Assembly (NCBI RefSeq): GCF_963921235.1
Contig: NC_086097.1
Location: 217,374,001-217,438,000 of the forward strand
From: Mobula hypostoma
Lineage: Eukaryota
Reading direction: 5' to 3'
DNA length: 64,000 nt
Part shown: positions 34,880-47,955 of the stretch, piece after piece
How the letters are laid out: the number at the start of each line of letters is the position of its first letter
Position numbering within the stretch: the first letter of the stretch is position 1
Made by a program: the position numbers and the translations under genes
Notes under the pieces: generated by a model
What the model saw: only the letters and a program-made list of their open reading frames with translations
Databases searched by the model: none
Told to the model about the DNA's origin: nothing

Positions 34880-37564
34880 CCCCTGAACACCCGCCAATCG
34901 GCAACCCCTTAGGAGAACATTACACTCGACTTGAGTGATTACACTACTGCTAGAATTAAGGGATGTTTTACAATTGCCATCAGAATTAGCTGTATTGAAA
35001 TGTCGAAGCCATTCCAAAATAGACAGAATTGAAACATAGAAGTGCACTGACAGAGGAAAGAACCAAAAGGGCAGTATAAGAAGGAATAAACCTTGTACTA
35101 AAGTCATATGATCAACCTAAACTCCCTCTAACACAGAAACATACAGGATATTCAAGAATTGTAAGCTCAATTCTCTCATGGGGAAGTGGTCCTGGATGGA
35201 GAAGGGTGAGAAATTACATGACAGATCATGAAGGTATGGCACTAGTCACAAACTGGTAGCCCATGTTGTTTCCTTACTGGCATAGCAGATACACCACTTC
35301 GGACATACAGGGTGTAAAGAATGACCAATAGATTCTCCTAATGGTGATGGAATCCAAGTTCACGTCATAAACCTGGCAGATGCTGGAATGATGCATGACA
35401 TGCCAGAAATCAAACCCAGGAGCAACAAGAATGCTACAATAATTGAGTGTTCCAGCTCCATCTGCTACCATTTTGGCACCTACAAGTGGATTACATTACA
35501 TTACCAAGATGTCAAGGATGCTCAGATGTACTGGTAACAGTGGACAAGTTCTCAAGGTTGGTGAAAGTTATTCCAGCAAGGAAAACTACTGCCACACCCA
35601 TAGCTAAAACTCTCATCAAGAATTGCATCCCTACATAGGGATTGCTGTGCCACATGGACTCTGACCAAGGGAATGTATGGAAATGGATGTCAGGAGTTCT
35701 GTTGACTGATGAATATTAAATAATCCTTCCACTGTTCACATTATCCAGAATTGCCCTCATCATGGTCCTGTGCAGAATCAGAGCAACTCCAAGCAAAAAC
35801 TAAACTGAGCCTATTAGAGGTGGTGACAGGAAGATCTATGTCATTGCCTGTAGCTATTGACTTCAGAGAAGCTGATCTGATGGCAGCTTAGTTGATTATT
35901 GTATGAAACCCTTCCAAACTGTTCCATTTGCTTCTCAACAGGTTTCTGCTGCCTAGAGCAGAAGGACACACCTTGGTTCCTGGTGAGAAGGACCTTATCA
36001 AGTGACATTAATTATTAATCCAGCTGTAAAGACTGAAGGAAAAACTAAGTGGATACATGCAAGGAAGCTAAGGTGGCACCATGAAGTGAATACTGTGACG
36101 GGGTCCTGAATTACCCCTATGAACTGTGCTTTTGGAAAGAAAGAGAGAGAGAGAGACAAAGATTAACTTTTGGACTGTCACTTTAAGGCACAAGAAAGAA
36201 CTGGCTAACTTTTGGATTTCTGCTGAGTTGGAGATGGCACCGAGCAGCTTGTAAGTTGCTATGGTGACCGAAGGCGGCGTTATTTGATGACGATCGAAGT
36301 TATGATTTTCCAGCAGCGTGTTTCTACTTCTCAAGGACATTCGCCTGCTTGTGCATTTCTTACACAGAGAAGGGAAGGAAGAGTTATTTGAATGACAGCT
36401 GGTACCCAGTACGATGAGATAAATAGGAGGTCAGATGATATAGACCTCAGACACATGTTTTGGACACTGAATGAGCTTTGTGTGCCCACAGAAAAAGTGG
36501 GTTTTTGGAGGATCGATCAGGCAGATCGATCAGTGGCTCTTGCGGTGAAAAGAAAAAGGCAGTGACCAGTGGGGAGTTGTTCATGTGTCCACCCTTGCCT
36601 GGGTGATAGCTCCACCACAGAAAACTGGTCCCCTTTGTTGAAGTCACAGTCATGACTTTTAAAGGATTTCAGAGGACAACGAGAAGATTGACGGGGTCAG
36701 CTCAACTGAAGGCTAAGATCTCTCCCTCTCTCTCTCTCTCCATCACTACTCAACTCAATACTACAAACTGAACTGAACTTTACTCATCATCGTAAGACTG
36801 TATCTTTTTACCCCTAGACTTGAAGAAGTTCGTTTTTTTATATATTTCCACACTTGGATATACTTACTTATATATAATCATTGCTAACCTGTTTGATTTA
36901 TCTACATTTATATTACTGTATTGCATAGTTACTAATAAATAATATTAGTTAATAACGATACTGGACTCCAAAGTGTTTTCTATTTCTGCTCATTCTTTAT
37001 TCCCGTCACAGGGTACGTGACAATACATAGACAGCAAGTACTCTTACTCAGTGACTATGCCACTAGGCTGCAGCGAGAAAATATCACTCACCAGCCGGAA
37101 GATGCTAAGCAAAGTTGCTAGCCATTGGGCATGATTAAGCTTCATTACTGAGGCTGGCACATTTTTCATCCTCCGAATTTTCAGAGGTATTGATTCAAGT
37201 TATTGAATTTAGAATGGGGTGGGGTGGGGCGCAGACTGATAGATTATGGTCCAGATAATTTATCTTGTAGTTGTAGTTTTCCTTATGCTTTCTTATATGG
37301 TATTATGATTACCTGTTTGTTGTATAATTTTAGCATAGTTAGCTGTGTATTTTTGTACTTTTCTTCGCCTCAAAGCCTGGAATGTTCTACGTACTCTGTT
37401 ATCACTATTGAGCCTCCTTATCGCACTGATTCAGACTGGCTCATTGTATAAAGGGACTCCTTGCTGACACTGCCTGTACTCTGATGAACGTCTTATAAAG
37501 AGCTGTAACCTTAAGATTGGTGCCTCATTCTTAACTTCTGAAGAATATTTTGGATAAAACATCA
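34880..37564 (+). mobile_element. Class I (gamma/epsilon-like) endogenous retrovirus relic: RNase H-integrase, PPT, 3' LTR
   Basis: LQLPSELAVLKCRSH (RNase H); PFWHLQVDYITLPRCQG..VLVTVDKFSR...DSDQG (IN core); EGPYQV...AVKTEGKTKWIHA (IN C-terminus). G-rich PPT at 37211-37229; putative LTR TGAT(37237)...ATCA(37564) with TATAAA. Confidence 0.75.
36094..37022 (+). mobile_element. Solo LTR inserted just after the ERV integrase
   Basis: TGTGA...TGACA termini, 4-bp TSD ATAC (36090-36093 / 37023-37026). Its 3' end resembles the reverse complement of 2250-2310. Confidence 0.9.
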
Positions 37565-37619
37565 CCAGAACTAACACACTTATGCATGGAACGGCAAGTA
37601 TAAAGGAAAAAAAATGCAT

Positions 37620-39950
37620 ACAGCATCTCATTGGCTCTCCATGTGGCCTTGGACCACCTGGACAACAGCAATACCCATGTCTGGCTGCTGTTTATTGATT
37701 ATAGCTCAGCATTCAACACCATCATCCCTCTCAGTACTAATGAAAAAGTTCCAAAACTCCCTCTGCAACTGGATCCTTGACTTCCTCATTAGTCAGTGTG
37801 GATTGGAAACAACATCGCACTGACAATCACCACAGGTGCGCCTCAAGAACATGGGCTTAGCCCACTGCTCTACACCCACAACTGTGTGGCTGGACACAGC
37901 TCAAACGCCATCTATAAATCTGCTGATGTCGCAGTTGTTGTTGGCAGAATCTCAGATGGTAATGAGGAGGCGTACAGGAGTGAGATAGATCGGGTGGTAC
38001 AGCACAGAAGCAGGCCCTTCAGCCCATCCTGAAACCATTTAAACTGCCTTCTCCCATCGACCTGCCCTCCATGGGACCATAGCCTTCCATACCCCTACCA
38101 TCCATGTACCTATTTAAACTTCACTTAAACTTTGAAATTGAGCTTGCATGTACCACATGTGCCAGCATTTTGTTCCACATTCTCACGACTCTCTGAGTGA
38201 AGAAGTTTCCCCTCATGTTTCTACCAAATATTTCACCTTTTGCCCTTAACCCATGACCACTGGTTGTAGTCCCACCCAACCTCAGTGGAAAAAGTTTGCT
38301 TACATTTACTCTTCATAATTTTGTTTACCTCTATCAAATCTCCTCTCAATCTTATACATTCTAAGAAATAAAGTCCTAACCTATTTAACCTTTCCTTATA
38401 ATTCAGGTCCTCCAGACCCAGCAACATTTTTGTAAATTTTCCCTGCACTCTTTCAACTATACTTACATCTTTCTTGTAGGTAGGTGACCAAAACTGCACA
38501 CTATACTCCAAGCAACACACATAAAAGTTGCTGGTGAACGCAGCAGGCCAGGCAGCATCTCTAGGAAGAGGTGCAGTTGATGTTTCAGACCGAGACCCTT
38601 CGTCAGGACTAACTGAAGGAAGAGTAAGTAAGAGATTTGAAAGTTGGAGGGGGAGATCCAAAATGATAGAAGAAGACAGGAGGGGGAGGGATGGAGCCAA
38701 GAGCTGGACAGGTGATAGGCAAAAGGGATACAAGAGGATCAAGCGACAGGAGGTCCGGGAAGAAAGACAAGGCGGGGGCGGGGGACCCAGAGGATAGGCA
38801 AGGGGTATATTCAGAGGGACAAAGGGAGAAAAGGGAGAGTGAGAGAAAGAATGTGTGTATAAAAATAAGTAACAGATGGGGTACGAGGGGGAGGTGGGGC
38901 ATTAGCGGAAGTTAGAGACGTCGATGTTCATGCCATGAGGTTGGAGGCTACCCAGACTGAATATAAGGTGTTGTTCCTCCAACCTGAGTGTGGCTTCATC
39001 TTTATAGTAGAGGAGGCCGTGGATAGACATGTCAGAATGGGAATGGGATGTGGAATTAAAATGTGTGGCCACTGGGAGATCCTGCTTTCTCTGGCGGACA
39101 GAGCGTAGGTGTTCAGCAAAGCGGTCTCCCAGTCTGCCTATACTCCAAATTAGGCCTCACTAGAGTCTTATACAACTTCAACATAACATTCCACCTCCTG
39201 TACTCAATACATTTATGAAGGCCAATGTGCCAACAGCTTTCTTTAGACCCTATCTACCTGTGACACCACTTTCAACAAATTATGGACCTGTATTCCCAGA
39301 TCCCTGTTCTACCACACTCCTCAGGGGCCTAACGTTCACTGTATAAGACCTACCCTGATTTATCATTCCTCACACTTGTCTGCATTAAATTCCATCTGCT
39401 ATTTTTTGCACATTTTTCCAACTGATCCAAATCCTTCTGCAAGCCATGATAGCTTTCCTCACTGTCCACTATACCCCCAATTTTGGTGTCATCTGCAAAT
39501 TTGCTGATCCAGTTAACCACATTATCATCCAGATCATTGATATAGATGACAAACAACATCGGACCCAGCACCAATCCCCACAACACTCCACTAGTCACAG
39601 GCCTCCAGTCAGAGAGGCAATCATCTACTACCACTCTCTGGCTTCTCCCACACAGCCATTGTCTAATCCAGTTTACTACCTCATCTTGAATGCTGCGTGA
39701 CTGAATCTTCTTGACCAACTTCCCGTGCAGGACCTTGTCTGTAGGACCAAGGAACTGTTTGTGGACTTCAGTAAGGGAAAGTCGGGAGAACACACATGCC
39801 AGTCATCATCAAGGGGTCAGCAGTAGAAAGGGTGAGCAGTTTCAAGTTCCTGGGTGTCAACGTCTTTGAAGATCTATCCTGAGCCCAATATAATTGATGC
39901 ACAAAGGCAGCACATCAGCAGCTCTATTTCATTATGAGTTTGAGGAGATA
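37620..39950. mobile_element. Nest: Rex1 (+, 37620-37995 and 39737-39950) interrupted by CR1 (-, ~37995-39737), itself interrupted by Penelope
   Basis: Rex1 RT motifs on both flanks; CR1 RT (KFADDTKIGG, EYSVQFWSP) on the minus strand. Confidence 0.8.
38512..39137 (-). mobile_element. Penelope-like element 3' end (GIY-YIG C-terminus plus terminal repeat)
   Basis: Minus frame RLGDRFAEHLRSVRQRKQDLPVATHFNSTSHSHSDMSIHGL...RLEEQHLIFSLGSLQPHGMNIDVSNFR* (stop 38904-38902). TSD CTATACTCCAA (38501-38511 / 39138-39148). Hammerhead-like motif at 38611-38574. Confidence 0.9.
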
Positions 39951-40555
39951 AGACCATAAGGCATAGGAGCAGAATTAAGCTCTTCAGCCCATCAAATCTA
40001 CTCTGCCATTCCATCATGGCTGATGCCAGATCCCACTCATACACCTGCCTTTTTGCCATATCCTTTGATGCTCTGACCGATCAGGAAATGATGAACTTGC
40101 GCCTTAAATATACCCATGGACTTGGCCTCTACCACAGTCTGGGGCAGAGCATTCAACATATGTGCTACTCTCTCGCTTAATAAATTCCTCCTTACCTCTG
40201 TTCGAAAGGGTCGTTCCTCAATTTTGAGGCTGTGCCCTCTAGTTCTGGATACCCCACCATAGGAAACATTCTCTCCACATCTACCTTATCTAGTCCTTTC
40301 AACATTTGATAGCTTTAAATGAAATTCCCATGCATTCTCCTAAATTCCAGTGAGTACAGGCCCAAAGCTGCCCAACGCTCCTCATATGTTAACCCCTTCA
40401 TTCCCGGAATCATCCTCATGAACCCCCTCTGGACTCTCTCCGATGACAACACATCCTTTCTGGGATAAGGGGCCCAAAACTGTTGACAGTAGTCTAAGTG
40501 TGGCCTGACTAGTGTCTTATGAAGGCTCAGCATTATCTCCTTACTTTTATATCAG
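39950..40555 (-). mobile_element. CR1 LINE 3' fragment
   Basis: LVRPHLDYCQQFWAPY...LGLYSLEFRRM; tail at ~39950. Confidence 0.85.
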
Positions 40556-41359
40556 GCCAGCACATGCCTTTGCAGACTTTTCAGCTCATAGCCTGGAGCA
40601 GCTACCCACTGAGCATACAACACTTTAAATCTGGCACAAACATAGCAGTCCCCACTCAAGTACAGATAAATTAACAACTGAGGAAAAGATGAATAGAGTT
40701 ATTTAATTATTTGGTATTTTTTATTGTTTATAATTTTAAAGGAACAATGTTTTTCCATTAGATTGACTCCCAGCAAAAAAATTGTGCTGATAAACATCAT
40801 GACCCAGGAACAGAGAGCTAGCAATTTCAGGGCAATAGCCCATTATCCAACATGAAAAAAACAATTATTTCCCCCTGAATAAATGGATTTGAAATAAAAG
40901 GAAAGGATGACTATAAGGATTTATAAAATAACAAAAATGATCTAGATGCAACTATTAAAATTTAGTGGATGAGAGAGGATGAATAGTTACATGCCAACAT
41001 TATGGAAGGCTAAATCAGACTGTTTTCCCTTATCCCGGAGAATATTACACCTGTGCATTGGGACCCAAACTAGAAAATGTCTATCTCTTTCTTTTAGCGT
41101 GAGCTGGATGCATTTCTGGAAGGGATATAAATAAATAAATCTCATTATTTCATTTAATATTGCAAATTCTACATTCAAAAGAAGTATTTAATGAACTGCA
41201 CAAACGTAACAAATATGAAAAAGAAAGTGGATAATGATGCTACCTATAAAATCACCATTTGGGATGCAAAGATGAAATTAACAATTCTCTCTGCTGGTCA
41301 CATGTAGAAATGCAAATATTCAGGCAAAACCATTTGAAATGTTAAAACCCTTAGACAAT

Positions 41360-43153
41360 ACGCACGGGAAACATTATTTATTGCACTTTCAATAAATGCT
41401 CATAACTCATGCTAACAGATACTTATAGAATATACTTATTTTTAGCATTCAAGAAAAGTACTCCAAGTACTGTACAAGTCACTTATAGTACTGTACAATA
41501 TATACTATTATATTACAGATGTTACATTATAGAGTAATTCATTGCAGATATTTAGTACAGCAACCACAAATATAAACAAACCAAATCTGCTGAACATTTG
41601 TTGGTGTCATCCTGTTATCATAACTGCTTCAATAGATTTCTCATCAACTTTTTCATTTCATTTTAAACAGGACATTTTATCCATTAAAAATAAACCATAT
41701 ATACAGTATACTATCCATACATACTAAGGGTAACCTTAACATGTTTCAATAACTGGATGGCAATCACTGCAAACAAAGTCCAGCTGTTGTGGGATACTTA
41801 ACTTTAGGCTTGCCTTGTGCAGCTTATCTAAATTCTCAAATTCAGTCTTTTGGTTATTTCACTCTAAAGAATGCCTCACCCAACATATTCTGCATGAGAT
41901 CTAGTTAATTTTTAAAGGATAAAGTTGAAAATCCCAAAGAAATATGGCATTGAATTTTAACGTAAATACTTAAGAGTTGTCTTACAATCCTCACGAATTA
42001 CCTAAAAACAAATTCAAAAAGCAAATGAATTATTAAAATAGCTTAAAGCCCAAACTGTCAGCAAACTGCTCATTTTGAAAAGTAAAGCATTCCTGTGAAA
42101 CTTGAATTTTACTGTATATTTGTCAGAAAGCACCTTTTTATTTGCATTTTCTGGATGCATATACTTAAGTGTCTAAAGAACACAGAACATTTCAAGCAAC
42201 CTTAAAAATTATTCAATTGCCATTACAATTACTATAAAGTAAATCCATTAAAATACAAACTTAAGTGAATATCAAGTTTAATTGGCTATGATACTGGCTA
42301 TTCAAAGCACAGTTTAAATGAAAAGTAGAAACTCTCAACTTTCTGTTTCCACAAAGCAAAAATAATCATTTACTCCTAGGAAGTAATTTTAACATATTAT
42401 TGTGGGCTTATGGATTCCACTTCATTTTTCCAAAGGCAGACTTCTTCTTTTAAACATATTAAGGTTTATGCATATTGATTTCACACAAGGAGTAAACATC
42501 CCTATTCACACAGTGGCAATATTAGTATTCACATTTCAAAAAAAAAATCAGAAAATATTTGGTAGCTCTTTCATTTCCAATCACAATGCAGTCTTGTTAA
42601 AACTATTTAATACACACAGCTACCGTAAAAATCACCTGCTATAGTTAACAACTACTCTACTTGACTGCTATTAATACAACCATTGTTGGTGATTTTACAT
42701 ACCACAGTATGGCACCTTGAAGTGGAGAAACATTTGTTTTCTCAGAATTTGTATCACACCAAGTGGAATATAGTGGGCAAGATGTATGATACAATTTGGT
42801 ATTTTGAGTGAGAATAAATGACTTTTTTTTTAAAAAATAAAGATGCTTAATTCGCTTTATTTGCAACAGCTAAATATTTGTTGTGATAATTTTTTTTAAA
42901 GTGACATTATGAAAAAAGACACTATTTTATAAAAATGAATTAAGCAACTGGAAAATAAAATGGCCAGTAAACCTGGCATCTCTACTTTGGAAACCTGTAA
43001 AACTATACAGTTTGTTCTAAAGCATTCTTAATTTCCAATTCCTGACGGTGCTTTGAGAGTGGAATGCAAGCTTGTTGTACTTATTGTCCTTTACAACAAA
43101 CAGTGTGATCTCCAGTCTGACATACCCTATTGAATCATATTTCTGGCTGATAT
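41360..43153 (-). other. VCPIP1: Putative non-coding terminal (3' UTR) exon of VCPIP1
   Basis: Strong acceptor ttgtgtttttattttccattacag|43153, a repeat-free AT-rich block, and AATAAA at 41382-41377 followed by a GU-rich tract. A matching donor TTG|gtgagt lies at 56312/56311. Confidence 0.5.
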
Positions 43154-45204
43154 CTGTAATGGAAAATAAAAACACAACTAACATTTCAGACTGGGTGTGT
43201 GTTTAAAGAAGAGAAAAGGAAAAGGGACTTTTCTTCCCTTTTATTTGGCTTTGAAGTACAATTTTGGAAAGTAATTTGGAGAACTACATTGCATCTAAAA
43301 TAAAAATGATTTGCACTGAGAGTCCAATAAAATGGTAACCTCAAATTATTGATTCAGTCTTGAAAATAACAACCTTTCAGTGGAGCTTCTTATTTTCTCC
43401 AAGATTCAACTGCAGTTCAGTAAATACCTCCTCAACTCTAATATTCAAAGCAAAAAACTGAAAATCTATGAGAATGCAGAACTCTCCAAATTATAAAATT
43501 GAACATATGCCCAAGGTGAGATTTACAAGTGCAGAACTAGTCAATTGCACAGCAACAAGTATTCCATCCCCAACTAAGGATTAGCCACAAACCAATCTGC
43601 CTATCACAGAAATAAACTAAATGCAAAACTCAAATATTTTAACTGCAGGTCATTTCATCATCACTAATTGAGCTGCCCTATATTAAGGTCACAGTTGAAC
43701 TTGTTAATTTAAAAAAAACTGCATGAATCTCAAAACTGTTACAAATGTTTCTGTGATATTTTTATTTGGCATCAAATTAAATATTTATACGTAATAGTTT
43801 ACTTAGAGATTATTTCTGCTAAGTGCCAAACAAAAAGTAAATACAACTTTTATTATATTAGGTTCTAGTTGCAGTCCCAGCCTTGAGACTTGGAAGGTGA
43901 AGTATGTCTGCATGTTTCTAAAGAGTGATTATGTTTATTTTGTAGTAATGGATGGACATCATACACAACCTTCAAAACTTCACATTTCAATACTTCATTT
44001 CAAGCACAAACATCACCAACTAATATTGTTAAAATCAATTTTGAGTGTATCAAGGAAATGTGATATGAGACTCACCTCTTATTAAAGAGGTTTTACTGAG
44101 TGCTGCATCAAAAATAAAATCCAAGTACAGTACAAGCTAACATTAATGATTAATGAGGAGGACAGTAGTAAGGCAGACATCATTGTGTGGATCACCAAGA
44201 ATAATCTTGATATGATGCAATGCATAGGAAAAATTAAATCTGATTCTGTATTTTGAACACGATGAGTTCCTTTTGCCATGGCTCGAGTCTTGTACAAAGC
44301 CAGCTTACCTATATGAATGGAAATGGGGTGTGGGAAGGGAAATACGACAAACAATTAAATTGAATTTTAGTTAAATGCAAGCTGATTTTTCCCCCTTCCA
44401 CATCACTAATTTTCTTCCTTTTCCAGAAACAGAAAATACACCTGTAATACACTATGAGATGTCTTTAAAAGAACTTGAAAAGTACTTTAAAACTGTACAT
44501 CTTTCATCCGACTAGCCAAAGGCACAGAATGACAGAACAATGTAGAACTGAATACAATGATTGTTCAACTTCTATTGTTCAATATGCGTGCCAATTCAGG
44601 AGTGGAATTACTAGCTTTGCTTTCTTCATCAGCTCTATTAATATCTGTCTCCAATCATCAAGACAACAACGCAAAATAAAATAACCTCAAATTTCAATCA
44701 CAATTTTTTGGTTCAGAATCAAACACTCAACCAGGTTTTCAGATGATCTAGAAGGTGCCTTTAAGCAAGCAACATTTTTGTACTTTGGCAAATTAGATTT
44801 GCTATAATTATTAATATGTATTAGTGAAGTAACAAGTAGAGCTGCTGTTTTGTAACCCTAAGGATATGAATACAATCCTGACCTGTGGTACTGCACATAG
44901 TCACTCTGATCTTGTGTTCTTCTTTAATGCATCACTAAGACATGCCATAGGTTAATTGGCTATCATAATTTACCCCTGGTGCAAGTGAGCAGTTGGAGAA
45001 CTAGAGATAGTAGGCAAGTGAGAAAAAAAATGGACTGCCAGGAAATGAGAGGCAATCGATTGTGTCTTATTGTATTAATTCAATGTGCCAAATAACCTCA
45101 CATGCCCTAAGAAAATATTAAAATAGTGCAGATGCAAAAGAGCCAGCATTAATTCAGTTTCTATTTCTAGAAATGCTGCCTCCCCTGCTTAATAGTACAA
45201 ACAC

Positions 45205-45715
45205 TTTAGACCAAACGATAGAAGCAGAATTTGGCCATTCAACCCATTGAGTCTGCTCTGCCATTCAGTCATGGCTGATATAATATCCCTGTCAATTCCA
45301 TTCTCCTGTGTTTTTCCCGGAACCTTTTACACCTTTACTAATCAAGAACCTATCACCCTCTGCTTTAAATGAACACAATCACTTGGGCTCCACAACCATT
45401 TGTGGTAATGAATTCCACAGATTCACAACCCTCTGGCTAAAGAAGTTCCTTCTCATCTTTGTTCTAAAGGGAAGTCCTTTTATTCTGAGGCTGTGCCCTC
45501 CAGTCTTAAACTCTCCCATGACTGGAAACGCACTCGATGTGTCCATGCTATCTAGGCTTTTCAATATTCAATAGGTTTCAATGAGATTCTTCCTCATTCT
45601 TCTAAACTTCAGCGAGTACAGGCCCAAAGCCACCTCATGATCCTCTACGACAACCTTTTCAAATCCCAAATCATTCTCATGACCTCCTTTGGACCCTCTC
45701 CAACACCAGCAAAAT
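45205..45715 (-). mobile_element. CR1 LINE 3' fragment
   Basis: GHSLRIKG..RRNFFSQRVVNLWNSLP. Confidence 0.85.
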
Positions 45716-46519
45716 ACTCTGCTCTTATTACTAATAAACGTGTCACAGTGGATTTAATAGGTAGACAAGTACATTGAAGCTTGAAGATTGATCTGAAGTC
45801 CAGACGTCCATGCCTGATGGCCAAAGCCTGGAGACTGGTGACCCGGAGGCCTGTCCTGTGGTTGGAGGACTGTCTGTGTGTGGCTTAGGAAGAAAACAAG
45901 TTTGTTTTATTGCTGTTGTTTTATTGCTTGTTGTGTTCTGTGTTGTTCTGCCAAGCATTGTGGGCATGTTATTTGGCACTGAAATATGTGGTGACACTTA
46001 TGATATGCCCATCACATCCTCAGTTTGTGTTGGTTGCCTACTCAAACAATGCATTTCACTGTATGTTTCAGTGTACATGCAATAAATAAATGAATCTGAA
46101 TACATTTTAACTATAATGATTTTTGTTAATTTTGATACAAGATTACACTAGGAATGAACATTTGTAAATTTAATGTCAGATCATTTAGCAAATACTGTAT
46201 GCGTGGTCGTGGTTCACACATTCCAAGACATTCCTTGCTATTTAATAACAAGCTTCAGGTAACATACCCAACCCCATTCCTTCTTCCTTGTTACAAGATC
46301 TTCCATTTTAACTTGCACCTTTTGCTAATCACAATTATTTTTTGCTTACTACTAACAAGCTATTCCAAATAGCATTGCACAGTTATTGACATGTTTGCCT
46401 CGTTTTAATCAATTTTCACATTACAGGGTTCCTTTGTTGCTTCTGAAATTCTTACAATGCAATATGAACTGAATTGCTGTTGTTCCATGGGATCTAGAGA
46501 AATAAATTAGATTTGTAAC

Positions 46520-46877
46520 GTGCACAAGATGATGAGAGCCATTGATCACGTGGATAGCCAGAGGCTCCCCGGCCCCCCCCCAGGCTGAAATGGCTAACAT
46601 GAGGGGTATAGTTTTAAGGTGGTTGGAAGTAGGTACAGAGGGGATGTCAGGGGTAAATTTTTCCCCACACAGAGAGTGATGGGTGCATGGAATACACTGC
46701 CAGTGATGGTGGCAGGGGTGGATACAATAGGGTCTTTTAAGAGACTCTTAGACTCATGGACTTAGAAAAATAGGGGCTATGTGATAGGGAAATTCTAGAC
46801 AGTTTCTAAAGTAGGTTACATGGTCAGCACAACATTTTGGGCCAAAGGGCCTGTAATGTGCTTAGATTTCTATGTTC
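46520..46877 (+). mobile_element. CR1 LINE 3' fragment
   Basis: Same subfamily as 18437-18840; ends GGCCAAAGGGCCTGTAATGTGC...TTCTATGTTC. Confidence 0.8.
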
Positions 46878-47439
46878 ATCAAATGTTTGAATTTGTATGT
46901 ACATTAATAAACATATTTGCACTGACTTATTAGGTTTTTATGAAATAGAATATCGTGATGTGGCTTCCTGCTGCAGAACCCAACATCCTACTTTCATATT
47001 TTGTAGTCTTTCTGGTCATTGCAATTTGCAATATGCCTTGTGGATGTAAATCCATATTAGAGATCTGATAAAGTCAACTTCACCAATGACTCAGTTGTTT
47101 GGGTAAATGCATGCTCATCGGCTCAAATGTTAGATCCCATAATCACTGTGTCATAGCTGATCAACTGACTGTTAAATTCATTCTTGCCTCTTGTACAACA
47201 ATCTGTACAACCCCATTGCCCCTTTCTTTCCCCATAGACATGCAAGTTACTTCCCTGAAAAGCCCTGATTGAGGTACAATTGCAACATTTTAGAGATGTT
47301 TGGATAGGTACATAGAGAGAGGAGCTTGGAAGATCATGTGGTCAGCATGGACCTGTTGGGTCTAAGGCCTATTTGAATACTGTATGACTACTTGTACTAC
47401 ACAGCTATTCCAAATTATAACTCCTTACTTAAAATGCTT

Positions 47440-47955
47440 TCCTTTTGAGAAGCGCAAGGCTCCCTGTCCCCATTCTAACAACCTTTAGAGTATTCTGTCA
47501 GGCAGCAGATTGCAAGACTCCAGAGATAGTAAAAACCGCCAGGAGGATTACCAGGGTCTCCTTTCCCCCTATCTGTGGCATTTACCAGGAGCAATGCAGA
47601 CAAATGGCCCAAAGCATTGTTGAGGAACCCCATCACCTACAATCTCTCTGACCCACTACTGTCAGGAAGGAGGTACAGAAACATCATGCCAAGGACTGCC
47701 AGACTGGGTAACAGCTTCTTCCCCCAGGCTGAGAGACGAATGAATACCCTGCCACCACTGAGGTCTCGTCAATTGGTCAGCTTGCTGAATACTGTATTGT
47801 TTATCTGTACTGTATGCATTTTGAATTATATTTTATTAATTTATGGTAATATTTTGCTTTATGTGTATTATTTATTTTGTGGGTACACCGTGGTCCAGAG
47901 GCATTTTTTTTATTTAGTTGTATATGTACAGTCAGATGACAATAATGTTGAACTT
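47440..47955 (+). mobile_element. Rex1-type LINE 3' fragment
   Basis: LLSGRRYRNIMPRTARLGNSFFPQAERRMN. Confidence 0.8.

Noticed and set aside
33900..34880. 5' LTR, gag or RT of the ERV relic
   Set aside because: No second copy of 37237-37564 and no gag/RT motifs seen; the region holds a SINE and an RTE-like fragment.
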